The notes under the pieces are model-generated. The model saw nothing but the letters and a program-made list of their open reading frames with translations, was not told where the DNA came from and made no database searches. From contig OX597840.1 in assembly GCA_951406725.2 (NCBI GenBank), positions 19,344,001-19,408,000 on the forward strand: a stretch of 64,000 nt of DNA, read 5' to 3'. Source of the stretch: Octopus vulgaris. Taxonomy: Eukaryota. Both the position numbers and the translations under genes were made by a program. This document shows, piece after piece, positions 15,866 to 31,489 of this stretch. Position 1 is the stretch's first letter. The number at the start of each line of letters is the position of its first letter.

Positions 15866-15911
<46 letters not shown>

Positions 15912-15999
15912 TTTGGTGAGATATTGCAATCGGTTGTTTTTATTAATTGTATATATGCATATATATATTTATACATACATGCATACATACATACATACA

Positions 16000-16103
<104 letters not shown>

Positions 16104-16149
16104 TTAGTGTTTGTGTGTATGCATATGTGTATATACAGATATATATATT

Positions 16150-16307
16150 ATTCTCTCTCTGTTTATTTCATCGTGTTCGTTTCTGTTGAAGAGCCTATGC
16201 TCGAAACGTAAAAGACTTTCTCACCTTCCCAAGCGTGAAACTAATACATCTGTTTATTGTTTATACACCTGTTTTCGTCTTTTGTTTATCTGTAAATTTC
16301 AACTGTA
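16150..16307 (+). mobile_element. Short (TA)n-flanked repeat carrying a hammerhead-like motif
   Basis: Similar to 22885-23052; CTGTTGA-A-GAGC-CTAT-GCTC-GAAA-CG-TA. Confidence 0.6.
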
Positions 16308-16310
16308 TAC

Positions 16311-16384
<74 letters not shown>

Positions 16385-16389
16385 ATATG

Positions 16390-16432
<43 letters not shown>

Positions 16433-16661
16433 TGTGTGTATGTGAGTGAGTGACACGAAGAGCAAGTGTCTTCAGCTATGGCCTCGGGCTGTGTGCGTCT
16501 TTTCGTATTGTTAACGACCCTGTAAACTAGCGGTTCTGTAAAAGAGACCGATAGAATAAGTACTGGGGTCGATATTTCGATTATAATTCTTCAAGGTGGT
16601 GCCCCAGCATGGCCGCAGTCTCATGGGTGAAACAAATATAAAATATAAGGTATATGATAAA

Positions 16662-16696
<35 letters not shown>

Positions 16697-17739
16697 CATA
16701 CATACATACACACACACATACATACATACATACATACATACATACATACATACATACATACATACAAACGTGCGTGCCTATATATCCACATATCATTATT
16801 TGTGCACATACATCTACACACACACACACACACGGATGTCAAGCCATACAAAACTCAATAATCGACTTTCACAAACAACTAGATTTGACCAAAGGTCTTA
16901 ATCGAACAGCAATCGATCACACTCTATAATCAAAACAACCGTGCCTACCTCAGCTATATAGAAAAGCATTATTTAAACTATCCTTTCTTGACTTTAATGG
17001 ACTCGGCACTAGGGTGTGTGATTTCAGAAATATTTGGCTATTATTTCTAGCTAACCGGACAACCACATGTAAGCTCCCTCATCGGTTTTGTATATGTTAT
17101 ACAGTGTTGTAGTCTCCAGACAAATATAACTCTTGATATAGAATGGAGATGGTGGTCGTGGTGGTCGTGGTGATGGTCGTGGTGATGATAGTAGTGGTGT
17201 TGGTGTTGGTGTTGGTGGTGGTGGTAATGAAGGTGGAGTTTTCAGCGGTGATGGTTAAAGTGTTGCTTGAGTTGATGATGGTTAAGGTATTGGCTGTGGT
17301 GGTGGCTGTGGTGGTAGCAGTAGGGGTGGTGATACTGTTTTTAAGGTCGACGATAGTGTTGAAGGTATTAGTAGAGGTGGTGGTGGTGGTGGTGGTGGTG
17401 GTGGTGGTGGTGGTGGTGGTGGTGGTGGTGGTGGTGGTGGTGGTGGTTGTGGTGGTGATGATGGTGGCGGCGGCGGTAGTGGTGGATTTTGTGTTATGAT
17501 GGTAGCGGTAGCAACGGTGGTGGGTTGGAATCGGTAACGTGTGGGACTGGATCGATAATTTATGTTGTATCATCTATAATTTTTGGCAGTTATCGATTCT
17601 TCGATTCAGTCAGTCACACATAAAGCTAGCTTCATTTCGATTCCGTTCCTGTTTCGAAGATTTTGAAGAATTTTTCTTGCATAATTATTGTACACTGATT
17701 ACATTTCAAGGAATGAATTTGTTGTTGGTCAAACGATCG

Positions 17740-17770
<31 letters not shown>

Positions 17771-17771
17771 C

Positions 17772-17811
<40 letters not shown>

Positions 17812-17870
17812 GTCTGTCTGTCTCTATCTGTGTATTTAGCTATCTGTCTATCTATCTATCTATCTATCTA

Positions 17871-17944
<74 letters not shown>

Positions 17945-17981
17945 GTGTTCTATATAGGTATGTGTGTGTATATATATGTAC

Positions 17982-18021
<40 letters not shown>

Positions 18022-18499
18022 GTGTAAATACATATACATACACACGCATATTCATGTATGTGTGAATATATTTATATTTATCTATACCCAAAACCACTGA
18101 CACAGACACATTCTAGTTGTTATCGATCTTTGTCAACGAGATCTATTCTTGGCCGAATCTCTTGACGAACCTGTCCACTTTATAAAGTAACTAGTAAATA
18201 ATCCGGCCAAACTAAAGTCAATGGAACTCAAGAATTTCTGTATTTAACTCTAATACCGCAAATAGCTCGACCTGTCAGTTAATATGAAAACTTTTGCATA
18301 AACATAGCAGACAGGTTTAGTTACCGACTACGAGACCATGTGCACGTCGGAATGGATTATAGAGTTACCAGTTGCCTGTGATGGGATATCATCTCACCTA
18401 TCATGGATATGTGTGCGTCTATATATGTCTGCCTTATGTCTTTCTCTCTTCTTTTCCTTATTTTATCTCTTCTTTTTCTACATATATATATATACACAC

Positions 18500-18548
<49 letters not shown>

Positions 18549-18681
18549 AAAATAGTAAAGTGTGAAAAAACGACAGAAGGCTTAAATGTTAAAAAATATA
18601 TATATTTGTGTCAAAATGTCTGGAGAATATTGGAAAAATTTTTTTTTCCCTTTCCTTAAAATGACATAATTTTAAAATTTT

Positions 18682-18725
18682 ACAAGAAATTACCGGTTTC
18701 GCGTGTAGCTTTTCAAATTTCTTGT
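18682..18725 (-). ncRNA. Minimal type I hammerhead ribozyme (U3-A8 core variant) in the PLE 3' region
   Basis: ACAAGAAAT-TTGAAAA-GC-TACAC-GC-GAAA-CCGG-TA-ATTTCTTGT: 9-bp stem I, palindromic stem III. Confidence 0.75.
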
Positions 18726-18859
18726 GACGTTATGTTTATATTGCATGGAATTATCGTTGTTTTTATTTCCAGGAGATTTCTAAATAAGGGGAGGTAGTGA
18801 GTGATTTTTTCCGGTGTAGGGGAGATAATCGCTTAAAAATTTTTTTTCCCTTTTCCTTG

Positions 18860-20314
<1,455 letters not shown>

Positions 20315-20366
20315 TATATATACATATATATGCGTATATAAATACGTATATATACATACATCAATG

Positions 20367-20423
<57 letters not shown>

Positions 20424-20859
20424 ATATATATGCATATGTGGGCACAGGACGTCACGAAACGTGTACAACAAAAAATACGAAGTACGAGTACATGGAATAT
20501 GAACTATTTTTCGAAAGACACAAATGGAATACAAGACAAACAACACAAAAAAACGACCATTTATCAGTTGTTGGCTGTTTTTTCTACTCTCGTATTTCGA
20601 GCATTTAACAACAAGATACACTTTCGATACTCCCGCAAAGTAAATTAAATAAAATTTGGTAACACAAACAGGACAGTGAATGAGTGTGTTCAGTTTAGTT
20701 ACTGTCTTTGATTTTTGGTAATTATTTAATTTTTCGTAGTAGGTCATATCTTGTAATATAGACAGTATATCTCTTTTGTAGTGTTCAACATCCATAATAA
20801 CTACACTTCCCTTATCTGCTTCCTTAATTATTATGTCGTTATTATTTTTCAGTTCACGT

Positions 20860-21030
20860 GTAATAATTTCAGTAGGAAACTACGCCTAACAGAGGAATTG
20901 TAAGATAAAAAAACAAGGACGAATCCGTTGTAAGAAAGAAGAGCGATCACAAACCTATGAAAGATAAGAATAATGCTTTTGATAAATTTTGTGATTTTAT
21001 ATCCGCATTCCCTTACAAAGAACTTCCCGC
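20860..21030 (+). mobile_element. Probable inverted N-terminal PLE fragment
   Basis: NFSRKLRLTEE...DESVVRKKSDHKPMKDKNNAFDKFCDFI (frameshifted) resembles the pre-RT region of PLE ORFs. Confidence 0.45.
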
Positions 21031-21095
21031 ACCCAAAAATCAAGCCCAATACCAGTCAAAGGAATGGGATGTTATACACGAATAATATACACGAT

Positions 21096-21463
21096 CTTCA
21101 GTGAACCAATTGTCCCCACTTCTAAAAATAGAAGAGTTGTTTATTGTCTACTGATAAGAAAATGATTTGCGGTCAGATCAACCTACGACATTATCAAGGT
21201 CATTTGTAATGGAACCAATTCACAAACTTTATCTCTACTACCCTATTACTTCCCTCTGGTTTGTCTGATAGTAGAGATAAAGTTTGTCAATTGACTCCAT
21301 CACAAATGACTTTGATAATTTAGTCAGTCGATCTGACCTCAAATCATTTTCTTACCCCTTATCAGGAGACAATAAGCAACTCCTTGATAGATAGATATAT
21401 CCCAAACTAACGCATCCTGGGCTTTCTTTATTGTTAGAAGTGGGGATAATTGGGTCACTAAAG
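21096..21463. repeat. Long inverted repeat (foldback/MITE-like)
   Basis: Left arm 21096-21240 is complementary to right arm 21269-21463 (which carries an ~45-bp extra segment); loop of about 28 bp. Confidence 0.85.
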
Positions 21464-21539
21464 GTTGTTTATTCCTTCCCCCTGCGTAAAAGCCTTACTA
21501 GCTTCTAAATTTTTTTCTGATCTGGTTAAATATACATTA

Positions 21540-21950
21540 ATTCCCTTTACGGACTGTCACCTTATGTTGACAGTATTCAACCGCTCTATCGCTCCCCCAC
21601 CGCTCATATCTCTCTGAGATATTTAAAAATTTAATATTTCTAATTTTGGTGATCAGTGAATAAACTTCAATGAAGAAAAAATATGTATATATATTTACGA
21701 AGTCTAGGCAGGTGTCTTCAGCTATCAGGCCTTGCTACTCTAGACTGATGTCGGGCATGAGCCAGAAACATGCATGTCTCTAGGTGCAAGCCTAGCTGTT
21801 GGGAGTGCTTGTCTCCCCTTCGTAAATATATAAGGACACAGGAAATGTGTCAAGGCCGACACGAAGCGTCGATGCTTCCTAGGGCTAAATAGCTGTGGTG
21901 TAATTCCCTTTACGGGACTGTCACGTTATGTTGACAGTATACAACCGCTC
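21540..21950 (+). mobile_element. Retrozyme-like non-coding insertion (1.13 copies of a 363-nt unit) with 13-bp TSD
   Basis: TSD taaatatacatta at 21527-21539 and 21951-21963; ~50-bp direct terminal redundancy; internal rod with a hammerhead fold. Confidence 0.7.
21740..21783 (+). ncRNA. Type I hammerhead-like ribozyme (A9 position is T in this copy)
   Basis: CTAGA-CTGATGT-CGGGC-ATGA-GCCA-GAAA-CATGCATG-TC-TCTAG; stem I extends about 50 nt on each side. Confidence 0.65.
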
Positions 21951-22306
21951 TAAATATACATTATTTTGGTAAATCCATTCTGTCAACTGAAATAGTAGTA
22001 GAATCATTGAAAATGTTTTGCTCTGTGGATTTAAACTGTTAAATTATTTTAAATGTCTTTCATTGTAAAGTTCGTGTATTCATCTGAAGAAAACGGTTTC
22101 TTTTTAATGAGATAACGTACTCATTAATCAATTAAATGAGTCGTTAGAAACGGCTGTAATAAATTGACACCACCCCATCAATTATTACTTATTCATTTAT
22201 ACACACACACACATACACACATATAAAATGACATCATATATATGAATGTATATATATGTATATGTATTTATGTATATATATGTATATATGTATATATATA
22301 TACATA

Positions 22307-22400
<94 letters not shown>

Positions 22401-22884
22401 AGAATGATAGACAGTAGACAGACCGATAGACGGACAGACAGAGAAGAAAAGAAAGAAACATAAATATATATATTCTTTAGTTACCAGCATGGCTTTGGCC
22501 CGGTGCAAATGGAGTGCTTCCTCTTAAAACATCTGTCAACTTGTAACATGTGGGACAGATATTTTGTCACCACGACTTGTAGAACACGATTTAATTGAAA
22601 ACACTGTGCTTTATTTATACATGTGTCCCTATACACTACAGCTAAAATGTAATTATTTGTTTAGTTTTTACTGTATAATTTTGTGTATTTATTTAGCTTT
22701 TACTGTACAATTACTGTAAAATTGTGATGATTGTTGAGATTAAGGACGATAAAATAGATGCCGCAAGCAATTAAAGGTTTATTTTTGTTACATTCCAAAA
22801 GATTAATATAAGAGATGAGGTTATAAAAAATTTAATTTCAAGATATATACATATACATACACACGCTTACATAAACCATTTTTA

Positions 22885-23052
22885 TTTTCCCTCTCTGTTT
22901 ATTTCTGTGTTCCTTTCTGTTGAAGAGCGTAAGCTCGAAATGTAAAAGACTTTCTCACTGCCCCAGCGTTAAACTAATACATCTGCTTGTTGTTTACACA
23001 CACGTCTTCGCCTTTTGTTTTGTTTGTTTTGTTTTTTTGTAAATTCCAACTA
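22885..23052 (+). mobile_element. Second copy of the 16150-16307 hammerhead-like repeat
   Basis: CTTT-CTGTTGA-A-GAGC-GTAA-GCTC-GAAA-TG-TA-AAAG. Confidence 0.6.
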
Positions 23053-23103
23053 CATATATGTGTATGTATATAAATACATACATATATATGTGAATGTGTA
23101 TAC

Positions 23104-23214
<111 letters not shown>

Positions 23215-23276
23215 TTTGCGTAATGAGATAACAAAAGCCTAGGTTGTATAGATATTAGAGCATTTATATGTAGAAG

Positions 23277-23331
23277 GTCTTACAGCTGTTTCTAGAATAT
23301 TAATTAATAATAATATCCCTTCATCGGAGAC
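23277..23331 (-). ncRNA. Minimal type I hammerhead-like motif (CCGATGA core)
   Basis: GTCT-CCGATGA-AGGGATATT..AATATTCTA-GAAA-CAGCTG-TA-AGAC. Confidence 0.65.
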
Positions 23332-23454
23332 GGTGTGAGAGGAAAAGTTAAGTCATAGTTAGTTTCGATGTGATATAAATAGAGAGTGAGGTGGAGGAAA
23401 GAAGATAGATGTAAGATATGCATGGTTATTGAGTTCATAAGTCCGTTTTATAGG

Positions 23455-23708
23455 CGATGTAATCGACTTAATACCTATGTCTGTCCCCTCTATGTTTAGC
23501 CCCTTGTGGGTAATAAAGAAATAGGTATTTCGTCTGTCGTTACGTTCTGAGTTCAAATTCCGCCGAGGTCGACTTTGCCTTTTTCATCCTTTCGGGGTCG
23601 ATAAATAAAGTACCAGTTTCGCACTGGGGTCGATGTAATCGACTTAATCCGTTTGTCTGTCCTTGTTTGTCCCCTCTATATTTAGCCCCTTGTGGGTAGT
23701 AAAGAAAT
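23455..23708 (+). mobile_element. 5'-truncated SINE A with duplicated body
   Basis: Tail joined through gaaataggtatttcgtctg to a second body. Confidence 0.8.
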
Positions 23709-24504
23709 ATATATGACCCCTTAGGGTCCATATCAGATTTTAAGGAGTCCACTCAAGCAAAATAATAAATTGGAGACCCACAGTGGTATTTTAAGAGTCT
23801 GTGAAAAAAATTTGCAAGAACCAGGTAGGTTTCATTCTCTAAAGTTTTTCATAACTAAACATATTTCCAGCCACTGAAACGTGTTCTCTGGAAGAGAGCG
23901 GTAGCAAACCTGCAGAAGTGAATAGGCGGAAAACAAAATAAGAATTCTACAAATGTCTTTAAAACTAGTTTTGAAACAACGAATGGAAACCGGGGTCCCA
24001 CCAAAAGAAAAAAAATGGTTGAAAACCACAGATGTACACGAAACACACCCTTACACTCATTAAAAATAACACCATTTTTAATGGTTGTTTAGAGAAATTG
24101 AAGACTTTAGTTTTCAAACTGTGGTTTTCAAACGCTTTTATTAAAATTTTTTATCTATATCTGTCAACTTCGTTGATCCCTGTCCAATCATATTTGTACA
24201 AAGACGTTAAATAAGAGTTGTGTGACAATGGTGATGGAGATGAAGGCTGGTTCCTGGTTTTATCGATTGCTTTCTATGACAATTCTGAGCTGGGATTTTT
24301 TTTTTTCAATGTCTTCAGGAAATCGACAAACATTGCAGAATTTGGAATAACAACTGATATCTGTGACAGTCATTTACATGTGTGTGTATGCATTTATGTA
24401 ACCACATATATGTATATGTACACCAACGTGTATGCATATATATGTGTGTATGTTTATAAGTGTGCATGCGTATATATGTATATAAGGTATGTATGGATGC
24501 TTGA

Positions 24505-24537
<33 letters not shown>

Positions 24538-24776
24538 TGTATACATGTAAATATTTGTGTAATAGTGCAATGCCTGTAACTCTCAACTATAAACCAATAC
24601 AAAATAGTTGCATATATTTCACGGTTGTCTGTTTTCATGAAACCACCATTCGTTTCAATGTGTGTATGTGTGCCAAGCATATGTGCATGAAGATGCATGC
24701 GTGTATATTATATGTGCATAGAAACAGTTATCTATATATGTGTCTGTGGATGTGTATTTATGTATTATGTATATAC

Positions 24777-24819
<43 letters not shown>

Positions 24820-24933
24820 AAAACTTATATATAAAGAACGTGAAATTCACGAATTGACAAACACGGAAAAACGGACAGTAATTCAGAGCCTTCATACTTC
24901 AGTCAGAAACCGATTCATGGCAAATTTCGGCTG

Positions 24934-24984
<51 letters not shown>

Positions 24985-26117
24985 TCTTTTACTCTCTTAC
25001 TCTTTTATTTGTTTCAGTCATTTGACTGTGGCCATGCTAGAGCACCGCCTTTAGTCGAACAAATCGACCCCAGAACTTATTTTTTGTAAGCCTAGTACTT
25101 CTTATTCTATCGGTCGCTTTTGCCGAACCGCTAAGTTACGGGGACGTAAACACACCAGCATCGGTTGTCAAGCGATGTTGGGCGGGGGGGGCAAAACAAA
25201 CACATAAACACACCACCTTATATTATCATATTCATATTCGATAACATTTCTCTACTTATTTCCCTTTCCTTGCATTACGTAAGTCTCTTCACTCACGGCA
25301 GTAATCTGTTCCTGTTTAACGAAAAACATCTAAAACATCTTCAAATGATCAATTTTGAAGAAAATGTAAGGAAATAAAACAGACAACAAACAACCGACGT
25401 TAATATGTAATGTGTTGTACGACTTACTCCATCTTTAACTTCGACATGAAAGACAAGAAGCTTGGCCACCAAGAGAAATGATAAATATATTTATAGAAAT
25501 TTCCAACGTGGCCGCCGTCATTTCGTGTATAAATGGCGATAGAGTTTTGATATGCAAGAAATATTTTGTAGCTAATTACCAGTTCCACCTAGAATCATAT
25601 TAGTTACCGTTGCTTTGCAAAGCAATTACAGAACGATGTTTGGTTGAACAAACAATAGTCTTTATACATATGTCTCATAAATTAAAACTGAAGTGATTAC
25701 TAGATATTTTTTTTTTTTAATTTAATAAAGAATTATCAAAAATTTCTTTGACTGATGGCGATGGAAAAGATATGTGAAATTTCTAAATATGTTTTATTTT
25801 TTAAAAGAGATTAATTTTTATTTTTATGTGAACTAAAGCAATAAAATTTTCAAATTTAAAATTAACAACCCTATGCGTATTTGTATATATGTGTGTATCT
25901 TTAAATGTAGCTTTATATGTCTCTATGTATATATAAAAGCATACACATATATGAATGTGTATGCGCGTGTGTGTATATACATATACATACATATATATGT
26001 GTATATATATGTGTGTGTGTGTGTGAGTATGTGTGTATGTGTGTATATATATATATTATATATATATATATATATATACATATACATGTATACACACACA
26101 TATACATATATATATAC

Positions 26118-26194
<77 letters not shown>

Positions 26195-26350
26195 GATTTA
26201 TAGTTTCTACACGCAAACATATATACACACACACATATTTATTTATATAAAGATATTTTTACGTGTATGTGTATAGGTACATGTTTATATATTTCAATAT
26301 ATGTATGTATATGTCTATGTGTGTATGTGTTTATTTCTCTCCCTAAATTT

Positions 26351-27160
<810 letters not shown>

Positions 27161-27227
27161 ACATCATACATACATATAAATCTACATGTATATATATACA
27201 TATATATATATATATACATACATATTT

Positions 27228-27650
27228 TGAAGAAACATACTATACTGCTTGGCAATCGCGCCGGAAGCTCCAATACGAACATTTCAAAGTGCTTGGGTGT
27301 CAATCTGAGGACAGAGCAGTCTGAAGACATGTACCAAATCAAACATCTAGTCAACATCATGGTGTTTGGAGTGAGCCCAAGTGATGGCAAGGTTACGCCG
27401 TCATTCATCTTCCCACACCACCTCACATCTACTCAACACAGAGGCTAACACCAAGTGCCTGGAGAAGGTAGTGCTGCCCGGGGTCAAGAGGGTGGCTGCT
27501 AGAAGACCTTATGTCTCGCAACAGCACTATGTATCATACCACACAAGCAGGAGAACCCAGCCATGGCTGTCGGACAATTTCTGTGACCACATCACCCCTA
27601 ACATCTGGCCAGCTAACTTCCCAGACTGCAACTCCCTTGATTACTATGTG
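27228..27650 (+). mobile_element. Second, inverted copy of the same Tc1/mariner fragment
   Basis: 27343-27650 is almost the exact reverse complement of 26764-27070. Confidence 0.85.
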
Positions 27651-27728
27651 CAACTTACTTGATTACTATATATATACATGTATATCTAAATCTATATCTA
27701 TCTATATATATATATATATGTGTATACA

Positions 27729-27769
<41 letters not shown>

Positions 27770-27875
27770 TATTGAATTTCTAAATGTCTCAGAGAGACAT
27801 GAGCGGTGATGGAGTGGTATAGTGGTCGTATAACGTGTTTGTAATTGTGTACCATAACACACACACACACACATA

Positions 27876-27958
<83 letters not shown>

Positions 27959-28467
27959 TGTGTGAGTGTGCATGTATATATGTGAGATAATAGTTTCAGT
28001 GCTAAAACTGAAAGTAAATAACAATAAAGATGTTATTGTTTCGCTGTTGACACGTAATACTGAAATAGTGTAAGAGATTAGAGATTGCTCCGGACTCGCA
28101 TTAAGCAAAACGTTGAAATTTTGGGGGGCCCATGATACTGTATGGACCCTAAGTAAGGCATGTGCAAAATTTGAATGAAACTTGTTGGGTAGTTCTCGAG
28201 TCTAAGTAATGCACACAGACACATATACCCAGCTTTATATATATTCATATATATATTCTTTTCTTCTCTTATTTGCTTGTCATTTGACTCAGGCCATCCT
28301 AAATCCTTCAAGGGATTTAGTCGAACAAATCGATTCCAGGACTTCTTTTTAAAGCTTGGTTCTTATTCTATCGTTTTCTTTTTACCGATCAGCGTAAACG
28401 CACCATTACCTGTTGTCAAGTGGAGTTGGGGAACAAACACAGATATAGACACACAGGTATATATATA

Positions 28468-28508
<41 letters not shown>

Positions 28509-28685
28509 GACGTGCTCCTTTCAGTTTTCGTCTACCAAATACTTTGGTCGGCCCGAGTCTAAAGTAGAAAACATTTGCCCAAGGTGACATGCAGTGGGAC
28601 TGAACCCCGGAAGCATGTGACTGGGAAATAAGCTTCGTACCTTAGAGCCACGTCTGCGCCTATAATATATATAGGCATCATAAAT

Positions 28686-28720
28686 ACGTACATACATATA
28701 TACATACATGCATACATACA

Positions 28721-28754
<34 letters not shown>

Positions 28755-28856
28755 CATATATACATACATACATACATAAATACATACATACATACATGCA
28801 TACATATATACATATATACATACATACATACATACATATATACATACATGCATACA

Positions 28857-28890
<34 letters not shown>

Positions 28891-29320
28891 CATACATACA
28901 TACATACATATATACATACATACATACATACATACACACATACATACATACATACATACATACATACATACATACATACATAAATACATACATACATACA
29001 TGCATACATATATACATATATACATACATACATACATACATACATAAATACATACATACATACATACATACATACATGCATACATACATACATACATACA
29101 TACATAATACATACATGATACATACATACATAAATACATACATACATACATGCATACATATATACATATATACATACATACATACATACATACATACATA
29201 CATACATACATACATACATGATACATACATACATACATACATACATACATACATACATACATACATACATACATACATACATACATACATACATACATAC
29301 TTACACACATACATACATAC
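28686..29320. repeat. (TACA)n tetranucleotide array with variant units
   Basis: Direct reading. Confidence 0.97.
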
Positions 29321-29719
29321 ATGTATATAGATGTATATGTATATACGTATGTGTGTCCGTCTCTTGTCCCATCCCGCCGTCGCCGGACAACTGCCTACTT
29401 GTATCAAAGGTACACGCTTACAATGTGCCAGTTGTATGCTCTAATAGTGGCACAGTGTAAGAGCGCATCGTTGATTCAAGTTTGATAAAGTGCTCCTCTG
29501 TTGTCTAAAATATTCCATAAATTTTCGCTTTGAACTTTTACGTAAACTAGCGCTGTGAACAGTGTTGGTACAGATGCAATTGTGCCTGAACATTAAGGTA
29601 TTTATCTATCGTATTATTTAAATCCTTAAAAATGCTTCAGCCCGAAGGCTGCGGCCATGCTGGGGCACCGCCGTCGATTTCAGATTATATTTTTAGTCTT
29701 TAGATTATATTTTTAATAT

Positions 29720-30136
29720 GGTGGCGAGCTGACAGAAACGTTATTCGCGCCGGGCAAAATGCATAGCGGTATTTCGTCTGCCGTTACGTTCTGGGTTCAA
29801 ATTCTGCCGAGGTCGACTTTGCCTTTCATCCTTTCGGGGTCGATTAAATAAGTACCAGTTACGCACTGGGGTCGATGTAATCGACTTAATCCCTTTGTCT
29901 GTCCTTGTTTGTCCCCTCTGTGTTTAGCCCTTTGTGGGTAATAAAGAAATAGGTATTTCGTCTGTCGTTACGTTCTGAGTTCAAATTCCGCCGAGGTAGA
30001 CTTTGCCTTTCATCCTCTTTAGGGGTCGATAAATTAAGTACCAGTTTCGCACTGTGGTCGATATAATCGACTTAATCCCTTTGTCTGTCCTTGTTTGTCC
30101 CCTCTGTGTTTAGCCCCTTGTGGGCAGTAAAGAAAT
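29720..30136 (+). mobile_element. SINE A with duplicated body
   Basis: Head + two bodies. Confidence 0.9.
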
Positions 30137-30412
30137 ATTTTTTAGTCTTCTCTAAACCCACACAACGGTTTTACCTCCGTGAAACCAGGATTTTCTACAC
30201 CTGAAGAATTTCGGTATTAATCTCGAAACCGACAGTGCTGATAGCCCAGAACTCGGGTTGAGAGTGGTTGTGTGATAAGAAACTTACCTCCCAACTACTG
30301 GTTCCGGGTTTAGTCCCACTGTGTGACACCTTGGGCAAGTGTCTTCTACTATAGCCTTGGGCTGACTAAATCCTTGTCAATGGATTTAGTTGACGGAAAC
30401 TGAAAGAAGCCC

Positions 30413-30642
30413 ATTTCTTTACTACCCACAAGGGGCTAAACACAGAAGAGACAAACAAGGACAGCCAAACGGATTAAGTCGATTACATCGATCCCAGTGC
30501 GTAACTGGTACTTAATTTATCGACCCCGAAAGGATGAAAGGCAAAGTCGACCTCGGCGGAATTTGAACTCAGAACGTAATGGCGGACGAAATACGGCTAC
30601 GCATTTCGCCCGGCGTGCTAACGGTTCTGCCAGCTCGCCGCC
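30413..30642 (-). mobile_element. SINE A inserted into the head of a SINE B copy (30260-30665)
   Basis: 16-bp TSD gaaactgaaagaagcc at 30396-30411 and 30648-30663. Confidence 0.9.
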
Positions 30643-30963
30643 TTCAAGAAACTGAAAGAAGCCTATCGTATATATGTGTGCGTGTGTGTTTGTGTGTGTG
30701 TGTGTATGTGTGTACGTTTTTTATGTATGCGTGTCTATATATGTCACTGTGGATGTCTCCAAGCTTGTGTATGTTCTTATGATTCTCAAACACTGCTTGC
30801 AAATAAATCGGTTTCATACTTCTGTCTGTATATCTAAATATATATTGATTCTGTTACGCGTGGTCATCTGTGTGTTTAAAAATATATACACTCATATATA
30901 TGTATAGGCACATATACATACATACATACACACACACACATATACATACATATATGTGTGTGC

Positions 30964-31025
<62 letters not shown>

Positions 31026-31425
31026 TTATGTAATTATGTGTCTACATGATAAATAGGAATGGCCGGTCTATGCAAATTTTTTTCTCCCAGATAAATACGT
31101 ATGCATAAATTTCACGTTGTTGTGTGTTGAATATATAATGTAAGGTGAAAACATTTATAGTCAACACTTTTGGTATCGTGTATGCAATATATTGCAAAAA
31201 CGGACTAGACGCAAATCAGTTTGCCAATCTTTGCGAATTTATATGAGTGCATGTATATGTTATATATAGATAGATGAATATACATTTATGTATGCATGTA
31301 TGTGTGTGCATCTAGGAAAGTTGTATATGTACGTATACACACACACGCGCGCATATATATATGAATACACACACACATACATACATACATACATACATAC
31401 ATACATACATACATACATACATACA

Positions 31426-31459
<34 letters not shown>

Positions 31460-31489
31460 CATACATACACACACACATATATATATATA

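Noticed and set aside
28521-29407. MYVC/HTYI repeat ORFs
   Set aside because: (TACA)n array
30198-30236. CTGAAGA...GAAACCG motif
   Set aside because: Stem II and the cleavage triplet do not form properly
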